From the NCBI GenBank assembly GCA_951406725.2, contig OX597825.1, positions 22,630,001 through 22,694,000 of the forward strand: a stretch of 64,000 bases of DNA. Reading direction: 5' to 3'. The position numbers and the translations under genes were made by a program. Below the pieces are notes generated by a model. It was not told the DNA's origin and searched no databases. It worked only from the letters and a program-made list of their open reading frames with translations. Of this stretch, positions 1 to 13,780 are shown piece after piece. The DNA is from Octopus vulgaris. Taxonomy: Eukaryota. Numbering within the stretch: position 1 is the first letter of the stretch; each line of letters starts with the position of its first letter.

Positions 1-564
1 GAACAAAATGTCTTGGAGGAATGTATTTTATTACGGTCGCACGATTTATCCTTGCTGGGGGGGCAATGTGAATCCAGGTGTTGGTAAACCCTTTTCCACT
101 ATGTCTCTTTCACTAGATATTCTGATGTTTCAAGATATATGCAACGCCTCTGAAACTAAATGAAACTAAGAAGGTAGTATGTTACCAAGTCATACTCTTT
201 CAAGCATAAATGGAATGCTTCGTAATGCAACGAGGAACAGGTTTCAATTTCTGCTTACCTGTTGCCCAACAACTTCAAATACAAATTTCTCTGCAGTTCT
301 AATGTCCCATTTTATAAGAATCGCTCCTCCAAAAGAAATACATGAAACAATACCGGAATATTGTGGGATCTTAAAATGGGATCAATATTTATTTTCCCTT
401 TAGCTAGATGCAGCATATATAAATTGCAGGCTGGATGAACGTGTTTGGTTCCAATTTTTCTCTAAGGATGTTAATTGTTTATCGAAATCAGATTATTTAA
501 TTTAGCTATTTCGATTATTTATTGTTCTCTACCTTGTTCTATTCTAAACTATAAGTATCGTCTT

Positions 565-769
565 CAAATTTTGGCACAAGGCCAAAACGTTTGAGGGATA
601 GGGTAGAAAGATTACATCGACCACAGTACTCAACTGATGCTTATAATATCGACCCCGAAAGGATGAAAGGCAGAGTCGACCTCGGCGGAATTTGAACTCA
701 AGATGTAAAGACAGACGAAATGTGGCAAAACCTTTTGTCCGGCGGGCTAACGATTCCGCCAGCTCGCCA
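565..769 (-). mobile_element. tRNA-derived SINE, family A (A2-type tail)
   Basis: Reverse complement of GGCGAGCTGGCGGAATCGTTAG...GAGTTCAAATTCCGCCGAGGTCGAC...GCCTTTCATCCTTTCGGGGTCGAT; matches many other copies in the window; pol III A/B-box-like motifs. Confidence 0.9.
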
Positions 770-1861
770 CCCATCTCAACTACATATATCCACACTTCGT
801 TCATTTGGATGATTTATAGAACTTTAAATATCACAATGGATCTCGCGAATATGCAATTCAAAGATTAGAGAAAAGTTGCACGATACGAAACATGTATAAT
901 GTAGAATACATCACAAGGTGTCGCAATCAAATGTTGAAATAATTATATTTGCGTTTTATTTTAATCTTTTGTTATTCCAGTTTCTTTTTTTTAATAAAAT
1001 CTAAAGTCTTCTACAATCTATTTCACGTGAAATATGGATTAATTGAAACTCGCCTAATTGACCGTAACTGATGTAGCTGTAAGGTTTCAGGTAACAAATA
1101 CAAGGTAAAAAAAATAATAAATAAAGCAGAACGTACGAAACATGGCAAGAGAAACCAACACAGTTAATTTGGAGATAATTCTTTCGTTTAAGGTTTCTCT
1201 ATTTGTTATCGATTGAATGGAAATATAGTTTTATGTTGCCTTTGATGTAAATTCATATTTTCTACGATTAATATCCTTCTTGCTTAAAGGAAGATTCAAT
1301 GATAGAAGCCAAAGTGTCAAGCTAAAAATACTTTGGTGTTTATCACATTCCTTTCAATTATGAGTTCCATCACTGCAGAATTCCACGTCGTCTTTCATCT
1401 GTTCTGTGTTTAAGAAACTAACTCGCAATCAATTCATAAGATTGCTTTAGACGTATTCAACCCAGCATGGGATGTATTGGGTGCTTGCGTGTAATTCTTA
1501 TCTCGTTCTTAATTAGCAACAAAACAAACGACATAAAGAGGAAATAATACTTCGTATGAGACCTTCTATCATTGACTGACGAGGGAACAATCTATGTATT
1601 ACACACATTCATAAAATCATACTGGATGCATTAAAGAGCAGGGTTATGCATCGTAGGATTTCAAATTTTATTAAAGGTTAATAGCTGTTCAATCAAATTC
1701 ACATGCTCGCCGATATTTTTTATAGCATCACCCCAGAGGCATTAAAGAAATTCATCAATGTTTGATAATTGCATCTTCATTCAACCATTACGTATATTCC
1801 TTGTATATCACATCAAATGTCTTTTATTCCTTTCGTAAATTCATGTTTACTCTTACTTGTA

Positions 1862-2212
1862 CTTGTGGCGACATTCACCCTGGGCGAGTTGAGTCGGCTT
1901 CTTCCTTGGAAGAAATTTCGTGGAAATATGTGGATTTAACAAGCGGTCCCCAACAATCCCGCATGTAGAGACATCCTTTTTGCCGCAGATTGTCCGCAGA
2001 CGCAGGCACAGAACGACCGAAGAGCCACCGGTTGCCGAAAGAGACAATCCGAGGATTTTCACCAGAGCCCCGTCTGCCGGGTTGTGACCCTAATATCACT
2101 CGGTGTCAGACCAATCCGCCTTGGGTGGCCCTACTACTCCCGACGGCATAGCTCTGGCACTATCCGTTGCCAGCGTCCCCACCACGGTGAGAAGGGGATG
2201 GACTTTGGGGAC
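1862..2212 (-). mobile_element. RTE-clade LINE 5'-UTR-like fragment
   Basis: GC-rich island; minus strand reads CACCGTGGTGGGGACGCTG...AGAGCTATGCCGTCGGGAGTAGTAGGGCCACCCAAGGCGGA, resembling the conserved AGCTATGCC...AGGGCCACCCAAG motif of RTE/BovB 5' ends. Confidence 0.55.
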
Positions 2213-2389
2213 GTAAAATTCATGTTTATCTAACTCAATGACCGATGGTATATAGAGCAGCATCTTCTTTTTGTTTTATAGTTAAATAATCCTAACATTA
2301 GTTTCGCATACACAATTTATTTAACTTATATCATTTTTGTTTATTCTTTTAGTTAAAGAAAATTCAATTTCTTTTTTGCTTCTTTTCAG

Positions 2390-2472
2390 GATTACACATT
2401 CATCTCGTTGTGCTTTTATTGATTTCAAACCTAATTACTTCGGTGAATTAATTTGGTGGATGCATATATTAG
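2390..2472 (+). other. Candidate internal exon (unverified)
   Basis: Long polypyrimidine tract plus CAG acceptor ending 2389; AG|GTGAGT donor at 2472/2473; one open frame ITHSSRCAFIDFKPNYFGELIWWMHIL. Confidence 0.25.
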
Positions 2473-3859
2473 GTGAGTCATATTACTTATATCTTATATA
2501 ATGTGATACATATCCATTACTTTTTTCCTCCATTAAATGCTCAATTATCAATGTTTTATATAGTTTTATCGATGAAATATATTCCTATTCGTCGCGTTAA
2601 AAATAGTTTCATAGTACCAGTAGTCTACTCCCTAAAACTCCTGTCAATTAGTTGAATTTGTTTTTTTTTTTGTTTGTTTTTTGGTTTTTTTGCTTTCCCG
2701 ATTGGAAAAACTACCACAAATATATATATCGACAGTGGTGGAGGTTTTTTCGTTGGTCTAACAGAAGCTATTGGAAATATTCAAATTAATTGTTAAAGAA
2801 CTTGTATAAAATGAAATCATTGCTGCTCTTGTTCTCAGAATTCTGTATCATTTCTAAAAAAAAATTTTAAACCCGACACGAAGAGGAATTTTTCAGCTAT
2901 CAATTTCAGTAACATTCTCAAAATGTTGGTACAACGTAGACTAAGTAGATTATTAAATACTTCAGACTGCTATCTAATCTACGACTTATCATACGACTTT
3001 CACTAATATAACAACTTAGAAGTTAGTAATCACGCTGTGTTCATATATACTGCGGAGCTAAAATGTCAAACGCCTGATTGGGTTGTTTTAAATAATTAGA
3101 TTCGTTTCTGTATATGCTGACACAAAATCCTAACATACTGAAGAATAATTCGCTTTGTAGTTCCATTAATTCTGAAATGAAAAAAAAGAAATATTCTACC
3201 GATTCCATTGAGCTACCTGTGGCACTCTGCGTGTAATAGATAAGTATTTAAAGAATCATCTCATTCCTGACTTTCAGAACTCATAGAAAACATTCCCAAT
3301 AATGTGTTCCAAAGAAAATACAACCAAAAAAAAAAAAGAATATGAATAATGTCCCTCGTCAGATTTCAATTATTTTCAATCGCATGAGTTCATATGGTGA
3401 ACGTTAACTTGTATAAGCTTTGTTGGTCAAATATGTCTCCAGAGAAAGTGTATCGAACGAGAAAATTTGCCATGTGAAATAAGTATTTTATAATGGATAT
3501 AATATCATGAGAAAATAGGTTTAATACAAACGATGAATTACATTGTATCGGAAAGTGAATTGAAAGAAAAGCTTTGAAATGTGCGGAGATGAGGAAGACT
3601 AACTATTTGTCTGACCGCAATTTGAAAATCCCCTTTTACAGTCAGCTAGTTGCGATCTTGGAAAAGGCAAATAATTTCGCGCTCTAGTGGGAGCTTGAAT
3701 ATTGATTATTCTTTTCACAAATATATCTCTTAGAGGTCTATATTAGATAGCGACTGCATACATAACATACAAGAATATACAACATACATACATAGCATAC
3801 AGTAATTATATAAATATTTGTGAGTATGTCGGGGTGTTTATATATGAATATATATCTGT

Positions 3860-3954
3860 CTATGTGTGTATGTATGTATGTATGTATGTATGTATATATA
3901 TATATGTATGTATGTATGTGTGTATGTATGTATGTATATATGTATGTATGTATG

Positions 3955-3988
<34 letters not shown>

Positions 3989-4025
3989 TGTATATGTATG
4001 TATTTATGTATGTATGTATGTATGT
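3860..4025. repeat. (TATG)n microsatellite
   Basis: Direct inspection. Confidence 0.95.
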
Positions 4026-4094
4026 AGTGCACTCTTCCCTGATGGTAGGATCAACTGTATATATTTGTGTGTGTGTACGTATGTTTGTATATTA

Positions 4095-4308
4095 AGGCGG
4101 TAAAATGAAAAACATCGTTGAGCCAATTGAACGATTGTTCTGTAGTATTTGTTCTGGCTGTTTATGTCTCGAAATCGAATACCATCGTTGTCAACGACGA
4201 CTTTCATCCCTCGAGGTCCGATAATTTGAATCAGCAATAAAGTACTAAGTTTACTGGAATTCACTATCCCTTCCCGTACAGTTCTAGGCCTTAAAGTTAT
4301 CCTAGAAA
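4095..4308 (+). mobile_element. Highly degenerate SINE family A copy
   Basis: AAGGCGG start, CTTTCATCCCTCGAGGTCCGATAA core, GGCCTT...TAGAAA tail. Confidence 0.55.
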
Positions 4309-4415
4309 CACACACACACTATACACACATACACACACACACTCCGTCTCTCTTTCTAACATACACACATAAACACACCCAGGCTTGTGTAAACATATGC
4401 ATAAGAGCATGTACG

Positions 4416-4454
<39 letters not shown>

Positions 4455-5303
4455 TAATGTATTTCTACGTATAGACCTCTATGTACCTACACATATACAC
4501 ACAAGCAAACACACACGTACTCACACACGCGTACTTACACACACATAGTCACACATATATACTCACACACATACAAGTATAATCCCACACGCATACTCAC
4601 ACACATATACTCACGAACATACACGCATACTCACATACACTCATACTCACACACACTCACTCAAATGCCCATTTATATACACTGAGAGTAAGAAGAAAAA
4701 AACAGGCGTCTATCACTGTACATAGTTTGCTTTCTTCTCATCTAATTTTATCGATAGTTTTATTGATGCGGTTGTATAACCTCTTACATCCTCTTCAAAT
4801 AATCCATCATCATATATTGATAAAGTTAAGAAATAACCATACACATCTGAACAACATTTTAGTAGACACATTAACAATGCCTCCAGCAATGGGCATTACG
4901 TTTCCAGGACAATGAGATGCACAATTTCACACGTAGAGGAAAAGTACGTGAAGAGAGAAAGAGATCAATGAAATGAAAGCCCTTTGATCTGCTATCGCCA
5001 ATCTGTGTATATTTAGAAACCAAAGGCTTTTGAAAGACGGAGGTAAATATTACAGTTTCTTTGGTGACCACGTGATGAGATTACGTTACAAATAGGCGCG
5101 AAGTGCGTGAGCGGCCATTTGTAAGTAGTTATTGATTATATGAGTCTTTTGTTTTTATTCTATTCTTCTTTCCCTTATTATGCTATCAATCATACACTCA
5201 TTAAGCACTGGGTGTTTATTCTATTTATGCATCCAAGATACGTGTCTACATGAATGCGTACAACATAAGTACATACGTACATACACACACACACACATAT
5301 ATA

Positions 5304-5372
<69 letters not shown>

Positions 5373-5374
5373 GT

Positions 5375-5407
<33 letters not shown>

Positions 5408-6427
5408 CACATACATACATACATACATACATACATACATACATACGTGCATGCACACGCACGCATACACACATATATATTTTATGGATCTTGAAGCAAA
5501 TAAAGCTATAAATAATGTCGTGTAATTATTGAGTCAAAAGACACACTATGGCTAAAGACGAGCGCTGCCTATTCATATATACACATGTACGTACACACCA
5601 ATATACATACACACAAACACTCATACCTAAATAAATACGCACAAACACATAAACACACGCGCGCACACACACACACATATATATACACACACAACAATGT
5701 AGAGTACATTTCAGAACATCTATTTTATTATTTTATGCTTTGAAAAAAGCGTAGATTTACTTTAAAAATACGGTGTAGTAACCTTCCTTACTTTGACGTA
5801 GGTTACTCTGTTAAAATTTCGAAGTAGATGTCCACTTCTTCCATGTATATAAATATTACTGCTTACTGTCATAAAAGTTTCGTGTAGGTTACGAAAGAAA
5901 CTGAGAAAATTGACGCTAAAAATCCACATTTACGAATGGCAGATTTTGTAAACTGATGTTTTATTATGAAGAAAACGACACAGACATTGAAAATTCAATG
6001 TTTTTTTTTTCCTTGATAGTATCTTGCAACCACGCAACCACCATTGCAGCCCTGCGTATTTCTGTTCATATCATTTATTCTCAAATCAAAGACAATTACA
6101 TGCTAAAAACCCGATGACCGCCTTTGGATTTGAGGAATGAAGTATCGAGGACTACAATAATAAATACGTACATTATATGTTGCTTTAACACTTACAATGT
6201 GATTTGAGATAGTTCAATTGTTATTTGCAGCAGATCACACGATGCTTTTGGGCCTTTTCCATGTTTGTTGCACAATGATATATACAAATATTGACGTAAG
6301 AGGTAAAGGATAGTGAGGGCCCTTTTCTGCACCAGAATGTAGAAATACTAGTATGCTGTGTCTATAACGATGAATTTTAATGAATTCTTTTTATTTCAAC
6401 TCTTCTGACGGATTCACACAATCTACT

Positions 6428-6607
6428 GCGACTGTTATTGTCGTCTGATGAAGCTCTAGCGGCCAATATTAAAAGCACATATTGGGATATTAAACGAATT
6501 TAAGCTCTAAATGCTTAATTCTCTATGATCTCTCAAACCATTCTGTGATACTCTTGAACACGTATCTAAAGAGTTGAAACTTTCGATACAGAGTCATTCA
6601 CAGTCGT
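6428..6607 (+). ncRNA. Hammerhead-ribozyme-like motif (type I, long helix II)
   Basis: CTGATGA 6445-6451; helix II AGCTCT 6452-6457/AGAGTT 6570-6575; GAAA 6576-6579; helix III ACTTT/AGAGT; GTC cleavage triplet ending 6595; distal helix I GCGACTGT 6428-6435/ACAGTCGT 6600-6607, proximal helix I only 2 bp. Confidence 0.55.
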
Positions 6608-6753
6608 AAGAACTTCACATTTAATAACTTGCAATATTCGTCTCTGATTTCAGTGTTTCAGTTCACATCCCGCCGAAATACCATCGTTCTTTAGTAGATC
6701 CGTGTCGATAAAATATAGACCTATTATGTACAGACGCTCCTTCTTCTTGGTCT

Positions 6754-6955
<202 letters not shown>

Positions 6956-7159
6956 CGTATTATCATTTTTTATATCACCATCGTTCTCTTTGGTGTAAAC
7001 CAGATTCGAGTAGAGCTGGAAAAAGGATTCTAAAATCTTAACACGCACACAATATGTCACGACATTGCCCTTCAGGCGGAGAAACATCGAAGAAGGAAAT
7101 GCTTCATAAGAATGAGGAAACAAAACTCATTAGTTTAGATAATGTTTCTTTTTACTATA

Positions 7160-7385
7160 GAGCTGGCAGAAACGTTAGCACGCCGGGCAAAATGTCTGGC
7201 GCTATATCGTCTGCCGTTACTTTCTGAGTTCAAATTCTGCCGAGGATGACTTTGCCTTTCATCTTTTCGGTGTCGATTAAATAAGTACCAGCTAATCACT
7301 GGGGTCGATGCAATCGATTTAATCCATTTGTCTGTCCTTGTTTGTCCCCTCTATATTTAGAATCCCTGTGGGCAATAAGGAAATA
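7160..7385 (+). mobile_element. SINE family A (A1 tail)
   Basis: GAGCTGGCAGAAACGTTAGCACGCCGGGC...TTTGTCTGTCCTTGTTTGTCCCC...GGGCAATAAGGAAATA. Confidence 0.9.
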
Positions 7386-7404
7386 CATACACACACACAC
7401 ACAC

Positions 7405-7481
<77 letters not shown>

Positions 7482-7535
7482 GCATCAATCCCCCACCTCA
7501 CTCTCTATTGTGTATCCATTCTGAATTAATTATTA

Positions 7536-7587
7536 GTCTCCGATGAAGGGGTATAATTAATTAATATCTTGGAAACAGCTGTAAGAC
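7536..7587 (+). ncRNA. Minimal PLE-type hammerhead motif within a PLE pseudo-LTR-like fragment (~7490-7655)
   Basis: GTCT-CCGATGA(7540-7546)-helix II GGGGTAT/ATATCTT-GAAA(7572-7575)-CAGCTG-TA-AGAC; U4C variant core. Confidence 0.65.
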
Positions 7588-7852
7588 CTTCTATCTAGAA
7601 ATGTTTTAGTATCTACACAGCCTTGGTTTTTTATCTCATTACGCCAAAAATTCTTATATATATATATACATATATATATATATGAATCGAAAATCACAAA
7701 ATCACAAACAAAATATATAGGGTGTTCAATATATTTACGTAAGTCAATATGTACATATATAAGTATGCCTCTCTCTGCTTCTGCCGCATTACGTCTCGTG
7801 TCTCATATTCACAATTCGCCCTCTCCTCTTCCATATATTCAATTATTTCTAC

Positions 7853-7900
<48 letters not shown>

Positions 7901-7917
7901 GTATGTATATATGTGTA

Positions 7918-7957
<40 letters not shown>

Positions 7958-8038
7958 ATATATATATATATGTATGTATATATATATGTAGATGTATGTA
8001 TATATATATGTATATGTATGTATATATATATGTGTGTG

Positions 8039-8095
<57 letters not shown>

Positions 8096-8335
8096 CACAA
8101 ATATATCTCTTTTCTCTGTAATTTCACGTAGACGCACGCGTATAGACACACTCACATATATGTGCGTGGGCGTTAAAAAACTATGCATGTATCTGTATAT
8201 AAAAATATGTGAGTGCATGTGTGTGTGTTTGTGTGTGTGTTCAGACATATATGTATATATGTGTGCGTGTGTTTGCTTATATTCATATATATACATACAC
8301 ACACATATATATACGTACTCTTATATATTTACATA

Positions 8336-8384
<49 letters not shown>

Positions 8385-8418
8385 TCTTATATATATATGT
8401 TTACACACACACACACAA

Positions 8419-8463
<45 letters not shown>

Positions 8464-9229
8464 ATATATATATATGTTTACACACACACACACAAACATA
8501 CACACATATATATACGTACTCTTATATATTTACATATGTCTATATATATATATGTGTGTTCAGTCAGATGCACACATCCTACTTGCAATACACATATGTA
8601 TGTAAGTATAATGTTATTGATTGCTTAATATTTTGTTATTTTTTGTTATTGGTTCAATGATTGCCACTTACACATAAGTAAAATAACTCATAATAGATTG
8701 CAGCGTCCTGTCACGATGATTTTCGTTTGTTTTCATAGATAAAAGTGACTGTTTTCACTAGCGTTTTTCACATTGAATTTCTTGATGTACAGAAGGCCGA
8801 GTTCAATATATTTTGGCTCTATTCACCAGACTGACGCCAGTATAGATGGCCCATATCAAAGTTGGTCGATCAGAAAATTGAAACAATTTAAAAAGGAATA
8901 TACTGTACTTAGAGCCTGTGACTATGTATGACAACACAGCGTATCAAACCGTACCAGAAAAGGCTTTTTAGTTTGGTATTTTCTGTGACCCAGAAATGAG
9001 TTTATTGTTTGTAGTTTCTTGTTTAAATAATATTTTGAAAATAGGATATTGTTTTAGAAAATAATCCTTGCTTTGTACTACATAAGCGTGTATATGTATA
9101 CATATATGTATACATATATGTGTGTATACATATATAAACATGAAGCAAAGACACAAGCACGCGCAAACATACACGCACACACACACTCAAAGACACACAC
9201 ATGAATATCCGTTTATATATATACACGTG

Positions 9230-9420
9230 GACTGTTGGCGATTTTTTTGCTCCTTCTTAATTGTTCTTTTGGACTTTCCTATATCTCCTTTTTCCGAAGA
9301 ACATCTATGCTCGAAACGTAAAACGACCACTCTTTTTCTCCTTTTCTGAGCGTCCCATTAATACTTTGCATGTACTACGCCCTCGCGTTGTTGTTTTTCT
9401 CTTGCTGTCATTTTTTCCCG
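9230..9420 (+). mobile_element. PLE terminal fragment with degenerate hammerhead (CCGAAGA...GCTCGAAACGTA)
   Basis: Same arrangement as 46430-46610 (...GCTCGAAACGT...TTCTGAGCG..ATTAATAC). Confidence 0.5.
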
Positions 9421-9432
9421 ATTATAATTAAC

Positions 9433-9495
<63 letters not shown>

Positions 9496-9599
9496 AGAGA
9501 GAGAGACGGAGGGACGGATAGAAATATAGATAGATAGAGAGAGAGAGAGAGATAGGTAGATAAACGTACATGCGTGACGTTCAATCATATAGTAATATA

Positions 9600-9654
<55 letters not shown>

Positions 9655-9692
9655 CATATATACATACATATATGCACACACTGATGTAGATA

Positions 9693-10405
9693 TTGCCCCT
9701 CCGTGACACAGATTTATGCCAACGGGTAAATGTTTTATATCGAATCAAATATAACAAATGCAACAATATCTATGTGGGTAGCACAACAAGACCATAACAC
9801 ATTCACATCAAAATACATCTGAAGACACGAGCCTCCTCCTTCAGAAAACATCTAGACACTTGCTGCAACACTGACAGAAGCATAAGAGTCACAATTGAGG
9901 CCAGTGACAGGAATTTAGGAAATTTAAGAATTAAGGAGGATATCTTCATAGGCAGACTAGCGCCCCAAATTAACAGCAGGTTTCGAAATTAACAGTCACT
10001 ATATTACTTAACAACATCGACATCCTGCACGACCGATGGTAAAAGGGTCATGCAACGTAACTTTATATTAAAAAAATGCACGTATAATACGTAATTTGGC
10101 GAGCATCGCTACGGATATGCCAACACACACGAGCTCGAGACATAACCGCCCTCACGCAATTCTCATGGGGATTTACGGAAGGAGCTTCGTGAGACCACTA
10201 GAGGGACGATTCCGACAGATTTCAGTAACTGGCGGGAAAACGACTATAACAGTGCCTCCATCACTTCCTAGCAATATCTGAGGAAAGGATTTTATGTTCA
10301 GAAATATTATACTACACTATGAATAATTAAATTGTTTATAACAGTTATTGTAGACACGTTATATTTTACAAACAATACACAGTGCTTCCAATGAACTACA
10401 ATATC

Positions 10406-10410
<5 letters not shown>
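9693..10410 (+). mobile_element. Penelope-like element 3' end: GIY-YIG endonuclease pseudogene, 3' UTR and degenerate hammerhead
   Basis: Translation NVLYRIKYNKCNNIYVGSTTRP*HIHIKIHL...KHLDTC...NLRIKEDIFIGRLAPQINSR (stop at 9795-9797); AATAT-CTGAGGA...GAAATATT-ATA at ~10273-10315. Confidence 0.8.
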
Positions 10411-10488
<78 letters not shown>

Positions 10489-10821
10489 TATATATTATTT
10501 ATATATATAAGTGTGTATGTGGAGGTATTTGTGGCTTATAAATTTTTCAGATAAGTATTGGAGGGAATTATTTACGTATTTTGGTTGCTCAATCGACCGA
10601 AAATTAAAGAATAATGACTCTCCCTAACCCCGTGAAAGCCAAAGTGAACTGACTGCCACAGTAAAGGAATTTGTTCGAAAAGTTATTACATAAAATTTAT
10701 TTAAGCAACTATCTGACCTGCAATGTAACGGGGAAGAGTAGTAGTGGCAACATTTCAGAGAACATTAGCTTGCATTCTCACCAGCCACAGAGATCTACCT
10801 ATTCATTGACCTATCTGTTTG

Positions 10822-10885
<64 letters not shown>
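10822..10885. repeat. (TATC)n microsatellite
   Basis: Direct inspection. Confidence 0.95.
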
Positions 10886-10886
<1 letters not shown>

Positions 10887-11113
10887 ATAGATATTTTCAA
10901 AATGTGACCTCGTGTGTACTGTTGACTATTTTTTTCCTGTGTCTTCCCTTCTCTGGATCTTTCCTTCTCCTATGTTTCCGACGAAACATATATATATATA
11001 TATATATATATACATACATATATATATATATACTTGTATACATACATACATATATATATATATACATATATATATGTATATATATATATATATAGACACA
11101 TATACATACATAC

Positions 11114-11144
<31 letters not shown>

Positions 11145-11439
11145 TATATACAAAAATAAATAAAGCTTATCTAAAATGTTCGGTAATTGCAACATACAAA
11201 TCTCTCTATCCTTAGTGCATAAACATAAGTGTGTGTGTGTGATTAGTTTGGGGGACAGTGGATCTTGAACCACATTAAGCTATAAATAATAGGTTTTAGA
11301 CCTAATAACTTTAATATTATTTTACTAACAATTTTCTTAGGAAGTTCTTAGCGAATGCCTTCGCATTATACACACTCACATACACACACACACTCACACA
11401 CACACACACATACACACACACACACACAGCATAAATGTT

Positions 11440-11544
<105 letters not shown>

Positions 11545-12089
11545 GATGTCATGTTTCATACGATTAACTCGATGACAATATATATTAAGTGTGTTAGGAG
11601 ATTTAGCTTACGTATAGTATGAAAGAGGTGAAAACTAGATTGTGCGAAGTACCTAATGTTCCGGAAAAAGCGCATTAGCACCGTTAGATAATGGAAATAT
11701 GAAATCCTTAAACTCAAGAGTTGTAAGCTGTTTGCTGGGATCTTAACTTCTTGTGCAATGCAAGCCTAAAATCCAATAGATTTGCAACGAACCATTAACA
11801 AATTAAATTTGAAGCAGTAAAGGTTATATAACAGACCGATATAATGAAACGTCTAAATTTGTGAAAACTTCTCATGCTATTGCCTCAGAATATCTTCCTC
11901 GCTGCCATAACAGACACACGCACACGCACAAACACACACATATACACACACACACACATATGCACATACATATACATAAATACTTATATACACGCATATA
12001 TTTTATATATATGTTCATGTACATACGTATTTCTCTCTTACTTTCTCTTTCTACACACAGACATACACATATCTATGTATGTATGTCTA

Positions 12090-12167
<78 letters not shown>

Positions 12168-12239
12168 TATAAACACATATATAAACATGTATCTATATAT
12201 GTATATATGTATATATATGTATATATACCTATGTATACC

Positions 12240-12271
<32 letters not shown>

Positions 12272-12354
12272 CGTATACATATGTATATATACATACATAT
12301 ATATGTATATATTATACACACACACAAATATATATATATATATTTTTGTTTTTT

Positions 12355-12570
12355 TTTAGTTTTTCCAGTTTCAGCTCTTGAGCTGTGGCCATGCTGGGGC
12401 ACCGCCATTGTGGTGAAAGAGTACAGCAGGGATCACCACCCCCTGCCGGAGCCTCGTAGAGCTTTTAGGTGTTTTCGCTCAATAAACACACACAACGCCC
12501 GGTCTGAGAATCGAAACCGCGATCCTGCGACCGCGAGTCCGCTGCCCTAACCACTAGGCCATTGCGCCTC
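12355..12570 (-). mobile_element. SINE family B head joined to a CR1-type LINE 3' tail
   Basis: Minus strand GAGGCGCAATGGCCTAGTGGTTAGGGCAGCGGACTCGCGGTCG...CTCTTTCACCACAA, then TGGCGGTGCCCCAGCATGGCCACAGCTCAAGAGCTGAAAC. Confidence 0.85.
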
Positions 12571-12604
<34 letters not shown>

Positions 12605-12605
12605 A

Positions 12606-12676
<71 letters not shown>

Positions 12677-12980
12677 TGTGTATATATATGCACACGCACG
12701 TGCTCGGTCACATGCACATACACATACACGCAAACATTTATATATCCATACCCACAGGCTTGCAATCTTTATTAATATGATTTCAAAGATTCACAGTATT
12801 TTTCGATAGTGAAATTTTTATATTAAAAGTCTACGTTCTGAAAAGAAATTCCTAAACACGAATACAACGTGATAGTACATTGTGAGTAAATATGTGTGGA
12901 TTTGTTCACATACCGTATATTGTATGTGTATATATGTGCCTGGGTTTAAGTATATATGTGTGTATACACACACACACACG

Positions 12981-13095
<115 letters not shown>

Positions 13096-13435
13096 CCTAC
13101 AGTGGAGTATCTTCGGCTTCTATTTTCTCCCATACTTTCGGGTAAAACAAACCGTTGCTAGTGAAATTTTGTGTGGAGAATTGTTCGGTGGATTCCATCA
13201 GAAATTCAATGGTTGAGTTTTCTTACAACATTTGTCATACTATATCTCTCTGAGATATAAAGAAGTAAAGAAGTACTTTAAAAATGCCAAAATGTTTTCT
13301 GCTTTGGGGTTATTCAACGAATACGCGCTATTTGATTGAGTAGTTAGCTCACTTGACAAATATTGCCTTATGGGAATATATAATCCTGGAAATTAGTTCC
13401 AAGACAATTATAGTAGGGCAAAATAATACTATCAA

Positions 13436-13780
13436 ATTTGGGCACAAGACAGCAACTTTGAGGCGAGAGGGCAGGTCGATCACACCGATCCCAATATGTA
13501 ATCGGTACTTATTTTACCGTCACTGAAAAATTAGACAGTACGATCGACCTTGGCGGAATTCAAAGAGTAACGCCGGAAGAAATATAGCTAATAACCATTC
13601 CTGGATTATGCAAGATAGCTGCTTTTACAAAGGTAGACAAAGTAATCCGTTCTATTATCGGCACACAATATGAAATTTGGGGCGAAAAGGAATGTTGATT
13701 ACCTCAACCCCTTCTACTCAAATAGTGCTTATTTCATCGGCCCTGAAAGGATAAAAGCCAAACTTGACCTCGCCGGGAAG
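13436..13780 (-). mobile_element. Two degenerate SINE family A copies
   Basis: GGCACAAGAC...GGTACTTATTTTA...CGACCTTGGCGGAATT and CTGAAAGGATAAAAGCCAAACTTGACCTCGCCGG. Confidence 0.7.

Noticed and set aside
259-380. Minus-strand CAG|GTAAGC donor with an open frame (...KWDIRTAEKFVFEVVGQQ)
   Set aside because: No convincing acceptor and no recognisable protein motif
5086-5130. TTACAAAT...ATTTGTAA hairpin resembling a Helitron end
   Set aside because: No canonical CTRR terminus and no second copy in the window
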